Source: Obrimoposthia wandeli
Lineage: Eukaryota
Assembly: GCA_977020255.1 (NCBI GenBank)
Contig: CDROCS010000253.1
Span: forward strand, 434,001 to 498,000
Length of the DNA stretch: 64,000 nt
Direction of reading: 5' to 3'
Shown here in pieces: positions 1 through 11,673 of the stretch. Below the pieces are notes generated by a model. The model saw only the letters and a list, made by a program, of their open reading frames with translations. It was not told the origin of the DNA and did not search any database. The position numbers were made by a program, and so were the translations under genes. Each line of letters starts with the position of its first letter. Positions within the stretch are counted from its first letter, which is position 1.

Positions 1-65
1 ACTCTATTTCGATTAATTTATTCAGTAAGCTTTATTACTGAATTTTGCTAATTTTTGGTGCAACA

Positions 66-572
66 ATGGCTAGAAAATCAAAAGTCCCTATTAATATGTC
101 AGCGCTATTACAAACAACGACAGGCACTTTGGCACATATTCAGACAAAAACCAACTCTTTGACCATCTTGGCAGACATTGTACGGCAAATTTGCCCTGAT
201 TTACCAGTAGATGCTTGGCATATTGCTAATTGCCGAAAAGACACCCTAATTATAGAAGTGAAGTCTCCTGTTTGGGGGCAACGATTACAGTTTGAACGCA
301 ATACTATTTGTAACGCATTAATGAGCAGTACTGACGGTAACTTTCAAAGGATAGAAATTAAAGTTAACCCGCAGGGTTTCCGCCAGCAACGCCATGAAAT
401 AACCGAAAAGACACGCGCCGATCTCATGCAATCAGCACCAGTGAAGCCTTATCAAAGTGATGCGGTTGTTAATGAAAAAACCGCTAAGCAGTTTTTAGAT
501 ATCGCAAAAAATGCACCAAAGGGCTTGAAAGAAAAACTAGAGAAATTAGCCCGGGTTGCAGGAAGAAAATAA
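66..572 (+). CDS. dciA: DciA / DUF721-family protein (replicative helicase loader-like)
   Basis: DUF721-like core (WHIANCRKDTLIIEVKSPVWGQRLQFER...IEIKVNP). It is convergent on lpxC, the usual position in gammaproteobacteria. I prefer the ATG at 66 over the ORF-track start at 45. Confidence 0.75.
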   Translation: MARKSKVPINMSALLQTTTGTLAHIQTKTNSLTILADIVRQICPDLPVDAWHIANCRKDTLIIEVKSPVWGQRLQFERNTICNALMSSTDGNFQRIEIKVNPQGFRQQRHEITEKTRADLMQSAPVKPYQSDAVVNEKTAKQFLDIAKNAPKGLKEKLEKLARVAGRK

Positions 573-651
573 ACTGGGTATAGGATTACACTATGCGAAC
601 ACTATGTTTAGTGATATTAATGTTCGCAGCTTTCTGGCTCTAGAGCGAAGG

Positions 652-1569
652 CTAAAATGCCGTGGCATTAATTTCCTGGTACTCTATTGGTGAAGGTTTA
701 TCACCTTCATAGGTAACCCATTCCCATGAATCTGTCCGTTTAAAAACTTCTCTAAGCAACATATTATTTAAACCATGTCCTGATTTAAAAGCGTTTAATT
801 CACCTAAAATACTAGCACTGCCCATATAAAGGTCACCAATAGCATCAAGTATTTTATGCTTTACAAATTCGTCATCATAACGTAATTCATTTTTATTAAG
901 CATTCTATAATTATCAAGTACGATGGCATTTTCTAAACTGCCACCCAAGGCCAAATTATGAGAGCGTAAGAACTCAATATCTTTCATAAAACCAAACGTT
1001 CTAGCACGGCTTATTTCTTTAATAAAAGAACAACTAGAAAAATCCATACTCATAGTTTGACAAGTTTTTTCGATAACTGGGTGTTCAAATTCAATAGAAA
1101 AATTGACTCTAAAACCTTCATAAGGCAGTAACTCTGCCCATTTGTCACCTTCTTCAACACGGATTGGCTTCTTAATACGCAAAAAGCGTTTAGGCGCATT
1201 TAATGTCTCAATACCAACCGATTGAATTAAGTAAACGAAAGGTAAGGCACTGCCATCCATAATAGGAATTTCAGCGGCATCAACATCAACAAACAAGTTA
1301 TCGATGCCTAAACCGGCAACGGCTGAGAGTAAGTGCTCAACAGTTGATACTTTAACCTGCTGTTCATTAACTAAACAAGTACATAACGTTGTTTCGCCCA
1401 CAGCTTCTGGTGTTGCTTTGATATCAACCACAGGGTCAAGATCAATACGACGGAAAACAATACCGGTGTTTGCTGGTGCAGGACGGAGAGTAACCTGCAC
1501 TTTTTCACCTTTATGTAAACCAACACCTACTGTTGAGACACTCGTTTTTAATGTACGTTGCTTAATCAT
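652..1569 (-). CDS. lpxC: UDP-3-O-acyl-N-acetylglucosamine deacetylase
   Basis: MIKQRTLK N-terminus, STVEHLLSA and [10 protein letters not shown] zinc motifs; last gene of the dcw cluster. Confidence 0.98.
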   Translation of the reverse strand: MIKQRTLKTSVSTVGVGLHKGEKVQVTLRPAPANTGIVFRRIDLDPVVDIKATPEAVGETTLCTCLVNEQQVKVSTVEHLLSAVAGLGIDNLFVDVDAAEIPIMDGSALPFVYLIQSVGIETLNAPKRFLRIKKPIRVEEGDKWAELLPYEGFRVNFSIEFEHPVIEKTCQTMSMDFSSCSFIKEISRARTFGFMKDIEFLRSHNLALGGSLENAIVLDNYRMLNKNELRYDDEFVKHKILDAIGDLYMGSASILGELNAFKSGHGLNNMLLREVFKRTDSWEWVTYEGDKPSPIEYQEINATAF

Positions 1570-1843
1570 ATCAGCCTCGCTTACTTTGCTTTTTATTGGT
1601 TAACAAATGCAATTGCTCTTATAATATTTTACTTAGCACCAAGCTATATAAAATGATCTACAAGCCGCATTTTATCCCATCATTAAAATGAACTACCCAC
1701 CTACTCCCGGAGTAAATTTAAGAATAAATTTAGGAGTAAAAGCGGCTACGCTCGTTTAAGGGCGCATAATATATCAAAAAAAAACGCTAAAATCAAAAAT
1801 ACCAATGACAGCCGAACTTAATTCAGACCTAAGAACTTAATAG

Positions 1844-3004
1844 TTAGTCCGCTTGCTTACGCAAAAATGCGGGAATATCTAAATAGGTATCTAAATCCGT
1901 TGCCACCGCTTTTTGCGCATTGCTATCAGTCATCGCCAACGCTTCTGTCGCTAAATTGACCTGTGGTACGGCTGGCGTATAATCACCACCAACAACTTTT
2001 GGCTCTGCCATTGGCTTAGGGTTTACTAAGGTAATATCAGGCTTATTTTCAGCGCCAATACCCGTAGCAACAACGGTTACGCGAAGCTCATCTGTCATAT
2101 CCATATCAATAACCGCACCAACAACAACCGTTGCATTTTCAGAAGCAAAGGCTTTAACGGCATTACCAACGGTCTCAAACTCATCGATACTAATATCCAT
2201 GCCTGCAGTAATATTAACTAAGATACCGCGGGCACCAGCTAAATCGACATCCTCTAACAAGGGACTTGAAATAGCCGCATCGGCTGCTTCTTGTGCTCTA
2301 TCATCACCAGAAGCAGTACCAGAACCCATCATGGCAGTACCCATTTCAGACATAACAGTACGTACATCGGCAAAATCGACGTTGATTAAGCCAGGACGAG
2401 TAATTAATTCAGCAATCCCTTGCACTGCGCCAAGTAAAACATTATTTGCCGCTTTAAAGGCATCTAATAAACTTGTTCCTGGCCCAAGTACTTTCAATAA
2501 CTTTTCGTTAGGGATAGTAATAAGTGAGTCAACGCTTTTAGATAAGAATTCAATGCCTTGATCGGCATAGTTCATTCTCTTTTTACCTTCAAAAGGGAAC
2601 GGTTTCGTTACGACAGCAACCGTTAAAATCCCCATTTCTTTTGCAATTTCAGCAACTACAGGGGCTGCACCAGTACCTGTACCGCCGCCCATACCAGCAG
2701 CGATAAAGATCATATCGGCACCTTGTAAGGCTTGCTTAATTGTTTCTCTATCTTCTTCGGCTGCACAACGACCAATTTCTGGGTTAGCGCCAGCGCCCAA
2801 ACCTTTAGTAACATTAACACCAAGCTGTAAAGTAACATCTGCAGACGAATTACGTAACGCTTGAGAATCAGTGTTTGCCGTAATGAACTCTACACCTTCA
2901 ATGGTTTGTGAAACCATGTGTTCAACAGCATTACCACCACCGCCACCAATACCAATAACTTTAATTATCGCTTCTTCGCTATGGTCTTCCATTAATTCAA
3001 ACAT
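1844..3004 (-). CDS. ftsZ: Cell division GTPase FtsZ
   Basis: GGGTGTG tubulin signature, VDFADV T7 loop, C-terminal LDIPAFLRKQAD peptide. Confidence 0.99.
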   Translation of the reverse strand: MFELMEDHSEEAIIKVIGIGGGGGNAVEHMVSQTIEGVEFITANTDSQALRNSSADVTLQLGVNVTKGLGAGANPEIGRCAAEEDRETIKQALQGADMIFIAAGMGGGTGTGAAPVVAEIAKEMGILTVAVVTKPFPFEGKKRMNYADQGIEFLSKSVDSLITIPNEKLLKVLGPGTSLLDAFKAANNVLLGAVQGIAELITRPGLINVDFADVRTVMSEMGTAMMGSGTASGDDRAQEAADAAISSPLLEDVDLAGARGILVNITAGMDISIDEFETVGNAVKAFASENATVVVGAVIDMDMTDELRVTVVATGIGAENKPDITLVNPKPMAEPKVVGGDYTPAVPQVNLATEALAMTDSNAQKAVATDLDTYLDIPAFLRKQAD

Positions 3005-3128
3005 TTTTCTCTCCCCGCTTTACTTACAATGACTTAAAATATTTAATAAACTGTTGCTATTTGTTAGTTTACTTAACAACAATTCGAGATAGCTGTTATC
3101 TCCATTTAGCAGCTCACAACATAACTCT

Positions 3129-4364
3129 TTAGAACTCGCCTTTAAACCAAGCATGTATTCTTGACCAAAAATCGCCAACACTTTCTCGTTTACTTACTGT
3201 ACTATCGGCTCCACTTTTCGCCTGCATACCATAATGCAACAGACCAACAACAGTGGCATAACTAGGATCGTTTACATACTCTTTTAGTCCTTGCACTGCT
3301 AATGGCTTAGCAATACGAACTGGCATTTGGAAAACTTCTTCTGCAAACTCAAGTACGCCTTCCATTTTCGCCGTACCACCTGTTAATACATAACCGGCAG
3401 CGATTTGATCTTCTAAACCAGATTCTCTAATTTCGTCTTGAATCAGTTCGAATAATTCTTGATACCTAGGTTCAACCACTTCCGATAAAGTATGGCGTGA
3501 CATTGAGCGAGCAGGACGACCACCGACACTTGGCACACCAATACTTTCTTCCATACTAACCAATTGCTTTAAAGCACAGGCGTACTTCACCTTAATATCT
3601 TCGGCATGACTTAGTGGTGTTCTAAATATTTTAGAAATATCGCTAGTCACTTGGTTGCCTGCAACAGGTATTACTGCGGTATGTCGTAAGGTTCCACCGG
3701 TAAATATTGAGATATCCATAGTACCTGCGCCCATATCAACAACACACACACCTAATTCTTTTTCATCATCAGTTAACACAGCATAGCTTGACGCTAGTGC
3801 CGAAAAAATTAATTGATCCGCGGTTAAATCACAGCGTTCAACACATTTAACTAAGTTTTTAGCCATATCATTAGCACAGGTAACGATATGAACTTTAGCT
3901 TCCATACGTACACCAGACATGCCTATTGGGCTTTTTATACCGTCTTGGCAGTCAATACTGTATTCTTGTGGAAGAACATGCAACATACGACGCTCAGCTG
4001 AAATGGGTACTGAACGCGCTGTGTGAATGACATTATCTACATCTTCTTGATTAACTTCTTTGTCGTTAATTGGCACCATGCCATTTTCATTTTGGCAACT
4101 AATATGCTTACCTGAAATACCTAAATATATTGAACTTATTTGACAGTCAGCCATCAATTCAGCTTCATTAATGGCGCGTTGGATCGCTTGAATAACTAAA
4201 TTCAAATCATTAACCCCGCCTTTATCCATACCGCGAGCAGGTTGATTACCGACACCAATAATACTTAATTGGTTGTCTGGTGTGATCTCCCCGACGGCGA
4301 CAGATATTTTGGAGGTGCCTATATCAAGGCCAACCACTAATTTTCTTTCTGCTGCTTTAGACAT
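3129..4364 (-). CDS. ftsA: Cell division protein FtsA
   Basis: VGLDIGTSK actin-fold motif, VLTGGTA, C-terminal amphipathic helix WSRIHAWFKGEF. Confidence 0.98.
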   Translation of the reverse strand: MSKAAERKLVVGLDIGTSKISVAVGEITPDNQLSIIGVGNQPARGMDKGGVNDLNLVIQAIQRAINEAELMADCQISSIYLGISGKHISCQNENGMVPINDKEVNQEDVDNVIHTARSVPISAERRMLHVLPQEYSIDCQDGIKSPIGMSGVRMEAKVHIVTCANDMAKNLVKCVERCDLTADQLIFSALASSYAVLTDDEKELGVCVVDMGAGTMDISIFTGGTLRHTAVIPVAGNQVTSDISKIFRTPLSHAEDIKVKYACALKQLVSMEESIGVPSVGGRPARSMSRHTLSEVVEPRYQELFELIQDEIRESGLEDQIAAGYVLTGGTAKMEGVLEFAEEVFQMPVRIAKPLAVQGLKEYVNDPSYATVVGLLHYGMQAKSGADSTVSKRESVGDFWSRIHAWFKGEF

Positions 4365-4456
4365 TTAACGTAAACTCTTCACTGATTGTGCTTATTTGAA
4401 GCACTAGTTTTAGGTGATTATTATTGTTTTGTTGGTAATTTATTTGTGTCTTATAA

Positions 4457-5257
4457 TTAGGTAATACTTTCTACTGTTTTCCAACCAACAGCCAATCCTG
4501 TATCATACCGCAAATCGATGTAATCAACTGCCTGATTTTGCTGTTTTTCCGTAATTATTTTTGCCTTCAACTGCGCTTTAATTATTGGATAAACATCCAT
4601 AAAACGTTGAATACGTTCAACTCGCTCTTCACGACCTAAATTTAAGGTCACACCATCATCAAGCGTTAACTGCCAAGAAAAACGTTCACTCAATACTAAT
4701 TCATCAATTTTTAGTGCTTTAAAGTCAAGTAATGCATTGAGATCTCTGTAATTTTTCAATGCCATTAACTCAGTTCCCTCTGGGCCAAAGAAGTTTGGTA
4801 GGTAATGATTAATGCGTTCAATATCCGCCTGAAAAACCTGCCCAAGTTGATTGATCAGAAAATTGCCATTCCATAATGCCACCGGATTTTGGTCAACCAC
4901 ATATATTTTTAATTCATTTGGCCATTGCTTTCTTACCGCTACCGAGTAAACCCAAGGCAGTGTGAGTACATAACTTTGCACTTCATTAACATCAACTTGA
5001 AAGAAATTTCCCATGTCAACCTGATCAATAGCATTGATAATATCGCTACGTTGACTATAAGGCATTTCCCCTGAAATAACGATTGAAGTGACTGGTGCAC
5101 TTTCTTGACCAATAAAGTGCTGAGCAAGCCACCAACTAATAGTTATTAGACTAAATAGCACAACAAGAAAAAACACTAAACCCAAGCCAAAAGACAAAAC
5201 GTTGTTTTGGCCTGGCTGAGCTGCTGTTTTACTATTGCCTTGCTGTTTATTTGTCAT
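4457..5257 (-). CDS. ftsQ: Cell division protein FtsQ
   Basis: Single TM, POTRA domain (LPWVYSVAVRKQWP), YIDLRYDTGLAVGW; lies between ddl and ftsA. Confidence 0.95.
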   Translation of the reverse strand: MTNKQQGNSKTAAQPGQNNVLSFGLGLVFFLVVLFSLITISWWLAQHFIGQESAPVTSIVISGEMPYSQRSDIINAIDQVDMGNFFQVDVNEVQSYVLTLPWVYSVAVRKQWPNELKIYVVDQNPVALWNGNFLINQLGQVFQADIERINHYLPNFFGPEGTELMALKNYRDLNALLDFKALKIDELVLSERFSWQLTLDDGVTLNLGREERVERIQRFMDVYPIIKAQLKAKIITEKQQNQAVDYIDLRYDTGLAVGWKTVESIT

Positions 5258-5266
5258 TTTAATTTC

Positions 5267-6232
5267 TTATTTTTTGACACTAAGCTGTAAAATTTGAGTC
5301 ACTAACTCGCTAAAATTCAAACCAAATACCTTTGCTGCTTTTGGTACAAGTGACGTTTCCGTCATCCCTGGTACCGTATTTACTTCTAATATCTGCCATT
5401 CGCCAATACTATTACGCATGATATCAACACGCCCCCAGCCCTGAGCACCTGTTGCATTAAAGGCTTTAACAGACAAAGCTTTTATTTCATTTTCATCACG
5501 TTCACTTAACCCGCATGGACAGTGGTATTGTGTTGTTGTCGATTGATACTTTGCTTCATAATCATAAAATTCATGGGGTGTTTCCATGTGAATAGCAGGT
5601 AAAGCCTTATCGCCTAAAATGGTGACGGTATATTCCGGACCGTCAATCCAAGCTTCAAGTAATACTTGCGTGTCAAAACAAAAAGCTTCAATCAATGCAG
5701 TACGCAATTGCTCAATGGTTTGTGCCTGTGCCATACCAATACTTGAACCTTCATTGGCAGGTTTTACCATTACTCTACCGCCTAAATCAGCAAGAATACT
5801 TGCTAACGGTAACTTTTCAAAGTCAGCTTTATGAACAACGGTAAAAGGTGCTGTTGGTATGTCACACGCTTTAAATATTTGTTTACTTCTTACCTTATCC
5901 ATCGAGAGCGAGGACCCTAAAACATTCGAGCCGGTATAGGGGATAGCTAAATACTCAAGTGCCCCTTGCAAACAACCATCTTCACCACCTCTACCATGTA
6001 GCGCAATGAAAACTCGATCTATCTTTTTAGTTAATAAATCAGTTAATGGCACTGTTTTAGTATCAATTAAAACAACAGTAAAACCCGCTTCTTCTAAACC
6101 TTTCGCAATCGCTTTCCCTGAATTGAGGGAGACTTCTCGTTCTGCTGAGTTACCGCCATAAAGCACGGCTATTTTCTCTTGCTTGAGCAATGCAAGTGAA
6201 CTCTCCATTGAAGACTCCAAAGTACTGCCCAT
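5267..6232 (-). CDS. ddl: D-alanine--D-alanine ligase
   Basis: [34 protein letters not shown] motifs. Confidence 0.97.
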   Translation of the reverse strand: MGSTLESSMESSLALLKQEKIAVLYGGNSAEREVSLNSGKAIAKGLEEAGFTVVLIDTKTVPLTDLLTKKIDRVFIALHGRGGEDGCLQGALEYLAIPYTGSNVLGSSLSMDKVRSKQIFKACDIPTAPFTVVHKADFEKLPLASILADLGGRVMVKPANEGSSIGMAQAQTIEQLRTALIEAFCFDTQVLLEAWIDGPEYTVTILGDKALPAIHMETPHEFYDYEAKYQSTTTQYHCPCGLSERDENEIKALSVKAFNATGAQGWGRVDIMRNSIGEWQILEVNTVPGMTETSLVPKAAKVFGLNFSELVTQILQLSVKK

Positions 6233-7761
6233 TACTTCTTACCTTTAAGTGCAGATTGAGCTATAGCCTTAACATGCAATAAACTATGCTCGGCTAGGTT
6301 GCGAGCCACTGTGCCAATACTTCCAGCTCCTTGCGTAATGACCATGTCACTATCTTGCAACTGAGTCGCTAATAATTGCGCTAACTTATCTACATCACTG
6401 ACATAAATAGGTTCTATTTGGCCACGTTGACGAATTGATCGCGCTAAGCTTTTGCTATCTGCTGACGAGATTGGTGTTTCTCCTGCCGCATAAACATCAA
6501 GCAAAAATAAACAGTCAACTTCTGAAAGTACTTCAACAAAGTCTTCATATAAATCGCGGGTACGAGAATAACGATGCGGTTGAAAAACCATGACCAAACG
6601 TTTATCTGGCCAACCTTGACGCATTGCTAAAATAGTCGCTTTCACTTCACTCGGATGATGACCATAATCGTCAACCAACACCATATTACCGGCATCGGTT
6701 GTTAACGTAGCTAACTGCTCAAAACGTCTACCAATGCCTTCAAACTCAATTAATGCCTGACAAATCGCTTCATCATTCACACCCTCGTCTTTAGCAACGG
6801 CCACGCCAGCCAAAGCATTTAATACATTATGCTGACCAGGCAAGTTTACGCTCATATTTAGCGGTTCCTGCCCTGCTACCTCTACGGTGAAATGACTAAC
6901 AGCACCATTTTGCTGGTAATTCACCGCTCTTACATCAGCATCTTCAGAGAAACCATAAGTGATCACTTGACGGCTAATGCGTGGTAATAATTCACGCACG
7001 ACGGGGTTATCAATACAAACAACCGCTAAACCATAAAAGGGCAAGTTATGTAAAAACTCTATGTAAGTATCTTTAAGCTTTTCAAAATCACCTTGATAAG
7101 TTTCCATATGATCTTCATCAATATTGGTTATTACCGCAACCATAGGCTGTAAGTGTAAAAATGATGCATCACTTTCATCAGCCTCTGCAACCAAATAGCG
7201 ACTGCTACCTAATCTTGCATTAGTACCCGCGCTATTAAGTAAGCCACCAATCACAAACGTTGGATCTAATTTACCCTGTGCAAAAATACTGGCAATCAAA
7301 CTCGTTGTCGTTGTTTTTCCGTGCGTACCTGCAATAGCAATTCCGTGACGAAAGCGCATTAACTCAGCCAACATCTCTGCTCGCCTCACGACAGGAATAC
7401 GTAATTCTTTTGCCTTAACTAGTTCAGGGTTTTCACTATTTATCGCAGTAGATACCACTATTACGCTGGCTTGAACCACGTTTTCTGCTTGATGACCAAT
7501 GACAATGGTCGCACCTAGCGCTCTTAAGCGTTTAACCACTTGGTTTTCACCAATATCTGAACCTGAAATTTGATAACCTTCATTAAGCAATACCTCAGCA
7601 ATACCGCCCATACCAGCACCACCTATACCAACAAAATGGATACGTTTTACCCGACGCATTTCAGGTACCTGAGTTGCAGTTGCGTTGGTACTCTTACTGG
7701 CATTAGAAATTGAATCAGTACTTGAGCCAGTATTATTACTTGAGTGAGTTTGCTTAATCAT
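6232..7761 (-). CDS. murC: UDP-N-acetylmuramate--L-alanine ligase
   Basis: [32 protein letters not shown]; carries a Ser/Thr/Asn-rich N-terminal extension. Confidence 0.98.
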   Translation of the reverse strand: MIKQTHSSNNTGSSTDSISNASKSTNATATQVPEMRRVKRIHFVGIGGAGMGGIAEVLLNEGYQISGSDIGENQVVKRLRALGATIVIGHQAENVVQASVIVVSTAINSENPELVKAKELRIPVVRRAEMLAELMRFRHGIAIAGTHGKTTTTSLIASIFAQGKLDPTFVIGGLLNSAGTNARLGSSRYLVAEADESDASFLHLQPMVAVITNIDEDHMETYQGDFEKLKDTYIEFLHNLPFYGLAVVCIDNPVVRELLPRISRQVITYGFSEDADVRAVNYQQNGAVSHFTVEVAGQEPLNMSVNLPGQHNVLNALAGVAVAKDEGVNDEAICQALIEFEGIGRRFEQLATLTTDAGNMVLVDDYGHHPSEVKATILAMRQGWPDKRLVMVFQPHRYSRTRDLYEDFVEVLSEVDCLFLLDVYAAGETPISSADSKSLARSIRQRGQIEPIYVSDVDKLAQLLATQLQDSDMVITQGAGSIGTVARNLAEHSLLHVKAIAQSALKGKK

Positions 7762-7773
7762 ATTTTCTCTTCA

Positions 7774-8922
7774 TTATTTTCTAAGTTCTGCGCCATTAGC
7801 TTCTGAAAGCTGTTGGCACAATTTTGCTACTTTCTGACTTGCATCACTGTTTGCTGCACTAAAAGAAGCTTTAGCCATATTTGTTAACGTTTCAGGCTGT
7901 TCAAATAGCTCGGTAATTAACGCAGTGACACTCTCTTTATTCAATTTCGCCTGTGGCAATAATTTTGCCGCTTCACGTTTGACCAGATAAAGCGCATTTT
8001 TTGTTTGATGATCATCTACTGCATGGGGTAATGGTACAAAAATGGCTGGTGTTGCCGCCCTCGCTAATTCTGATACGGTTAACGCTCCTGCACGACAAAT
8101 AACAATATCAGCCCACTGATATGCTGTGGCTATATCAGTAATAAATTCAGTAACTTTCACTTTTCCAGTGACAATATCATCTTGTTCATAAGAGGCGATC
8201 ACTTGTGCTTGATTACGTTCACCCGTTTGGTGCCATATACAATATCCTTCATCACTTGCTGACAAGTCCTTAAAGCTTTGCGGCATCACCTTATTTAAGA
8301 CCTGAGCCCCCAGACTACCACCAACCACGAGTATATTTTTACTGTCTCGATCACTTTGCTCTGTCTTTTCTGCAACAACAATTTGTTGACCAATTGACGC
8401 CCGTAACGGATTGCCAACAACTTCAGCATCAACGCCACTAGCAAAGGCATTAGGAAAAGCACAGCAGACTTTATTGGCAATGCGTGCTAATAATCTATTG
8501 CTCAACCCGGCAGCAGCATTTTGTTCATGAACAATTAGCGGTATTTTACTTAACCATGCTGCCAAACCACCCGGAGCACTGGCATAACCACCCATGCCTA
8601 AAACAACATCAGGTTTCACTATTTTAATTACACGTCTTGCTTGTATCAACGATAGTAACAATTTGAAGGGCATAACAAGCGTTGCTAATAGATTTTTACC
8701 ACGCAAACCACTTATATTGATAAACGAAATATCATAACCATGTTCTGGAACTATGTTAGCTTCCATACGATCTGCGGTTCCCAGCCAATGGATTTTCCAC
8801 CCTTGTGCTTTAAGCTCATCAGCAACCGCAATACCTGGGAATATATGTCCGCCGGTGCCACCAGCCATGACTAGCAAAGTTTTTTCTTTACCTTCATCGC
8901 CTTGGCTATAATTAGCGTTCAT
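7774..8922 (-). CDS. murG: Lipid II GlcNAc transferase MurG
   Basis: GGTGGHIFP, HEQNA, GNPLR, GGSLGA, DDHQTKNA. Confidence 0.98.
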   Translation of the reverse strand: MNANYSQGDEGKEKTLLVMAGGTGGHIFPGIAVADELKAQGWKIHWLGTADRMEANIVPEHGYDISFINISGLRGKNLLATLVMPFKLLLSLIQARRVIKIVKPDVVLGMGGYASAPGGLAAWLSKIPLIVHEQNAAAGLSNRLLARIANKVCCAFPNAFASGVDAEVVGNPLRASIGQQIVVAEKTEQSDRDSKNILVVGGSLGAQVLNKVMPQSFKDLSASDEGYCIWHQTGERNQAQVIASYEQDDIVTGKVKVTEFITDIATAYQWADIVICRAGALTVSELARAATPAIFVPLPHAVDDHQTKNALYLVKREAAKLLPQAKLNKESVTALITELFEQPETLTNMAKASFSAANSDASQKVAKLCQQLSEANGAELRK

Positions 8923-10234
8923 TATTTATCAGCACTTTTTTGACATCGCTCTTAGCATCTTTTTTACTGGCTCTTTTCGAACTAGTCGCCTGAATACTCT
9001 GTAAGCGAATTTCATGGTCGATGCGTATTAATAGTACTAGCGCTAAAGTCATTACTATCATCGAGCTACCACCATAACTAATCAGTGGCATTGTTAATCC
9101 TTTCGTCGGCACAATACCTGCACTGGCACCAATATTCACTGCCGCTTGAAAACACATCCAGATACCAATGGAGTAGGCCAAGAAACCTTCAAAGTATTTT
9201 TCTTTAGCTAATGCATAACGCCCTAAGATAAGTGCTTTGTAGACCAAGGTCATACTAAGTAGTAACACAACACTTATCCCGACAAAGCCAAACTCTTCTG
9301 CCAAAACCGCCATAACAAAATCAGTATGCGCTTCTGGCAAGTACTCTAATTTTTGTATGCTATTACCTAATCCCTGACCTAATATTTCACCACGACCATA
9401 AGCCATTAATGATTGGGTTAGCTGATAACCACTGCCAAACGGGTCTTGCCATGGATCTAAAAAGCTAGTCACTCGTCGCCAACGATAAGGTTCAAGATAA
9501 GCAAGCATTACCAATGAAGTTGCTCCAACTAAAGCCATGGCGATAAATTGCCATAACTTAGCGCCAGCTAAAAATAGCAAACCGAACGTAGTAACAAACA
9601 TCACAATCACGGTGCCTAAATCAGGCTGTAATAATAACAATGCCGCCATCACACCAAAGACAATTAATGGCTTAATAAAACCTTTCAGGTTTTCCATGAC
9701 TTGCTCACGGCGACGTACTAGGTAGGCAGATAAATAACAAAAGAAGAATAATTTAGCAGGCTCTGCTGCTTGCACCGTAATTGGACCGAGAGCAATCCAA
9801 CGGGTGGAACCGTTTACTGAGCGTCCTATAAGTAATACCGTGACAAGTAGTACAATGGCAAAACCCAATAAGTAACTACTGTTTTTATGCCACCAAGACA
9901 TAGGGATTTGTAGGGTAACACCCGCGATAGCAAGGCTTAAGCCAATATAAATACCGTGACGAATAACAAAATGAAATGGGTTATTAAATAAACGCTCAGC
10001 TACTGGTATAGAAGAAGATGCGACCATGACTAGTCCAACCATATACATAGTCAGCCCCAAAACGATAAAGCTACGATCAAAGGCGCTTGCACCATATTGA
10101 TTTGAGCTCGCCATCAAGCGATTAATCCATTCAGGTAACTGTGGTACTGGCACTTGCGATAGCGTTCTTGTTATTGCCTGCGTTGCTTCTAATGACATTG
10201 TTCTTACTAAGATCATGGTTTTTTCTAACGACAT
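8912..10234 (-). CDS. ftsW: SEDS peptidoglycan polymerase FtsW
   Basis: Multi-TM, QPDLGT, LPEAHTDF, ISYGGSS. The true start may be the second Met at 10198. Confidence 0.96.
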   Translation of the reverse strand: MSLEKTMILVRTMSLEATQAITRTLSQVPVPQLPEWINRLMASSNQYGASAFDRSFIVLGLTMYMVGLVMVASSSIPVAERLFNNPFHFVIRHGIYIGLSLAIAGVTLQIPMSWWHKNSSYLLGFAIVLLVTVLLIGRSVNGSTRWIALGPITVQAAEPAKLFFFCYLSAYLVRRREQVMENLKGFIKPLIVFGVMAALLLLQPDLGTVIVMFVTTFGLLFLAGAKLWQFIAMALVGATSLVMLAYLEPYRWRRVTSFLDPWQDPFGSGYQLTQSLMAYGRGEILGQGLGNSIQKLEYLPEAHTDFVMAVLAEEFGFVGISVVLLLSMTLVYKALILGRYALAKEKYFEGFLAYSIGIWMCFQAAVNIGASAGIVPTKGLTMPLISYGGSSMIVMTLALVLLIRIDHEIRLQSIQATSSKRASKKDAKSDVKKVLINNER

Positions 10235-11673
10235 GAGTCCTCCTTAGCGTTTACTACAGCAACGGCAGTTACTGCAGTAATAAATTGCTCACCGCGCACC
10301 ATATAATTTTTGAACATATCAATACTAGCGCAAGCAGGTGAAAGTAATACCATGTCACCTGGTTTAGCTATTTTCTTAGCTTGATCTACCGCCTCAGTCA
10401 GACTGTTAACTTGGAGTGCATCCGTCACTAAACCGGCAATTTCAGCACCGTCTTTACCTAAGGTAATTAACTGACTGACTTCACCGTTTACTATTGCTCT
10501 GAGCGGAGAGAAATCAGCGCCTTTACCTTCGCCACCAGCAATGAGAATTAACTTGTTTTTATCTGTTAGGGTTGGCGCTAACCCCGTAATAGCTGCGAGT
10601 GTTGCACCAACATTGGTCGCTTTAGAATCATTAATCCATTGAATACGATCGTCACTCGCCACGCGTTGACAACGATGAGCTAAGCCCGTAAATCCTGCCA
10701 AATTTTCTGCCATGGTTGATAATGGCCAACCCGCGCTGTAACCAAGAGCTAAAGCTGCCATATAATTGAGCGCATTATGCATACCGGCAAGTGGTAATTT
10801 ATCTATAGAAATAAGTGCTTGGTCACCAAACATCAACACCTGGTTATTATCGCTTTTTCTATTGTCGAGAAGTGTCAGACCAAAGTGGCCTTGCTCTGGT
10901 TTGTTTAAACCAAAAGAAATTGTTTGTTGTCCTACAACCAAGCTTTTAGTTGCTTGATCTTCTCTACTCACCACAGCGATTTTTGCTTGTGGATAAATGC
11001 CTTGTTTAATCGCCTGATAATTAGCTAAGGTTTTATGTCTATCTAGGTGGTCATCACTTAAATTAAGCACACTAGCAGCAATAGCTTGCATGCTAGTTAA
11101 CGTTTCTAACTGAAAACTAGAAAGCTCGACAATGACAATATCTGGCTGATTAGCACGCTGACTATTACCCACATGTTCCAGTTGCAGCAGATCAAGTATT
11201 GGCTCGCCAATATTACCGGCCAATGCAGCATTAACGCCAATGACATTTGCTAGATAAGCAAGCAGTGACACCACGGTCGACTTACCATTAGAGCCAGTTA
11301 CTGCCAGCATACTCATTGGCTTAGGACGACTATTATTGACTAGGCAAAATAACTCTACATCACCTATAACTTGGCAGTGTTCTGAAATAAGGTCAACAAT
11401 GCCCTCACTGACTAAATCAATACCCGGACTGGCAATGATAATATCAGCACTAGCAATTAAGCTTTGCTGCCATTGACCAAAAATAAATTCAGCCTTTGGA
11501 TAATCGTTCTCGTATTGAGCTTGTTCATCAATATTTGCAAAAGGCATAGCTCGTGAATCATTAACAGCAAATGACAAATCGTGTGCGTGCAAAAACCGTA
11601 GGCATGACAAACCTGTCATTCCTGCACCTAGCACGACAATATTTTTATCTTTAAACGCTGTTAACCAAGTCAT
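10225..11673 (-). CDS. murD: UDP-MurNAc-L-Ala--D-glutamate ligase
   Basis: VTGSNGKST, ELSSFQLE, DHLDRH, NDSKATN, LSPACAS. Confidence 0.97.
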   Translation of the reverse strand: MTWLTAFKDKNIVVLGAGMTGLSCLRFLHAHDLSFAVNDSRAMPFANIDEQAQYENDYPKAEFIFGQWQQSLIASADIIIASPGIDLVSEGIVDLISEHCQVIGDVELFCLVNNSRPKPMSMLAVTGSNGKSTVVSLLAYLANVIGVNAALAGNIGEPILDLLQLEHVGNSQRANQPDIVIVELSSFQLETLTSMQAIAASVLNLSDDHLDRHKTLANYQAIKQGIYPQAKIAVVSREDQATKSLVVGQQTISFGLNKPEQGHFGLTLLDNRKSDNNQVLMFGDQALISIDKLPLAGMHNALNYMAALALGYSAGWPLSTMAENLAGFTGLAHRCQRVASDDRIQWINDSKATNVGATLAAITGLAPTLTDKNKLILIAGGEGKGADFSPLRAIVNGEVSQLITLGKDGAEIAGLVTDALQVNSLTEAVDQAKKIAKPGDMVLLSPACASIDMFKNYMVRGEQFITAVTAVAVVNAKEDSCR

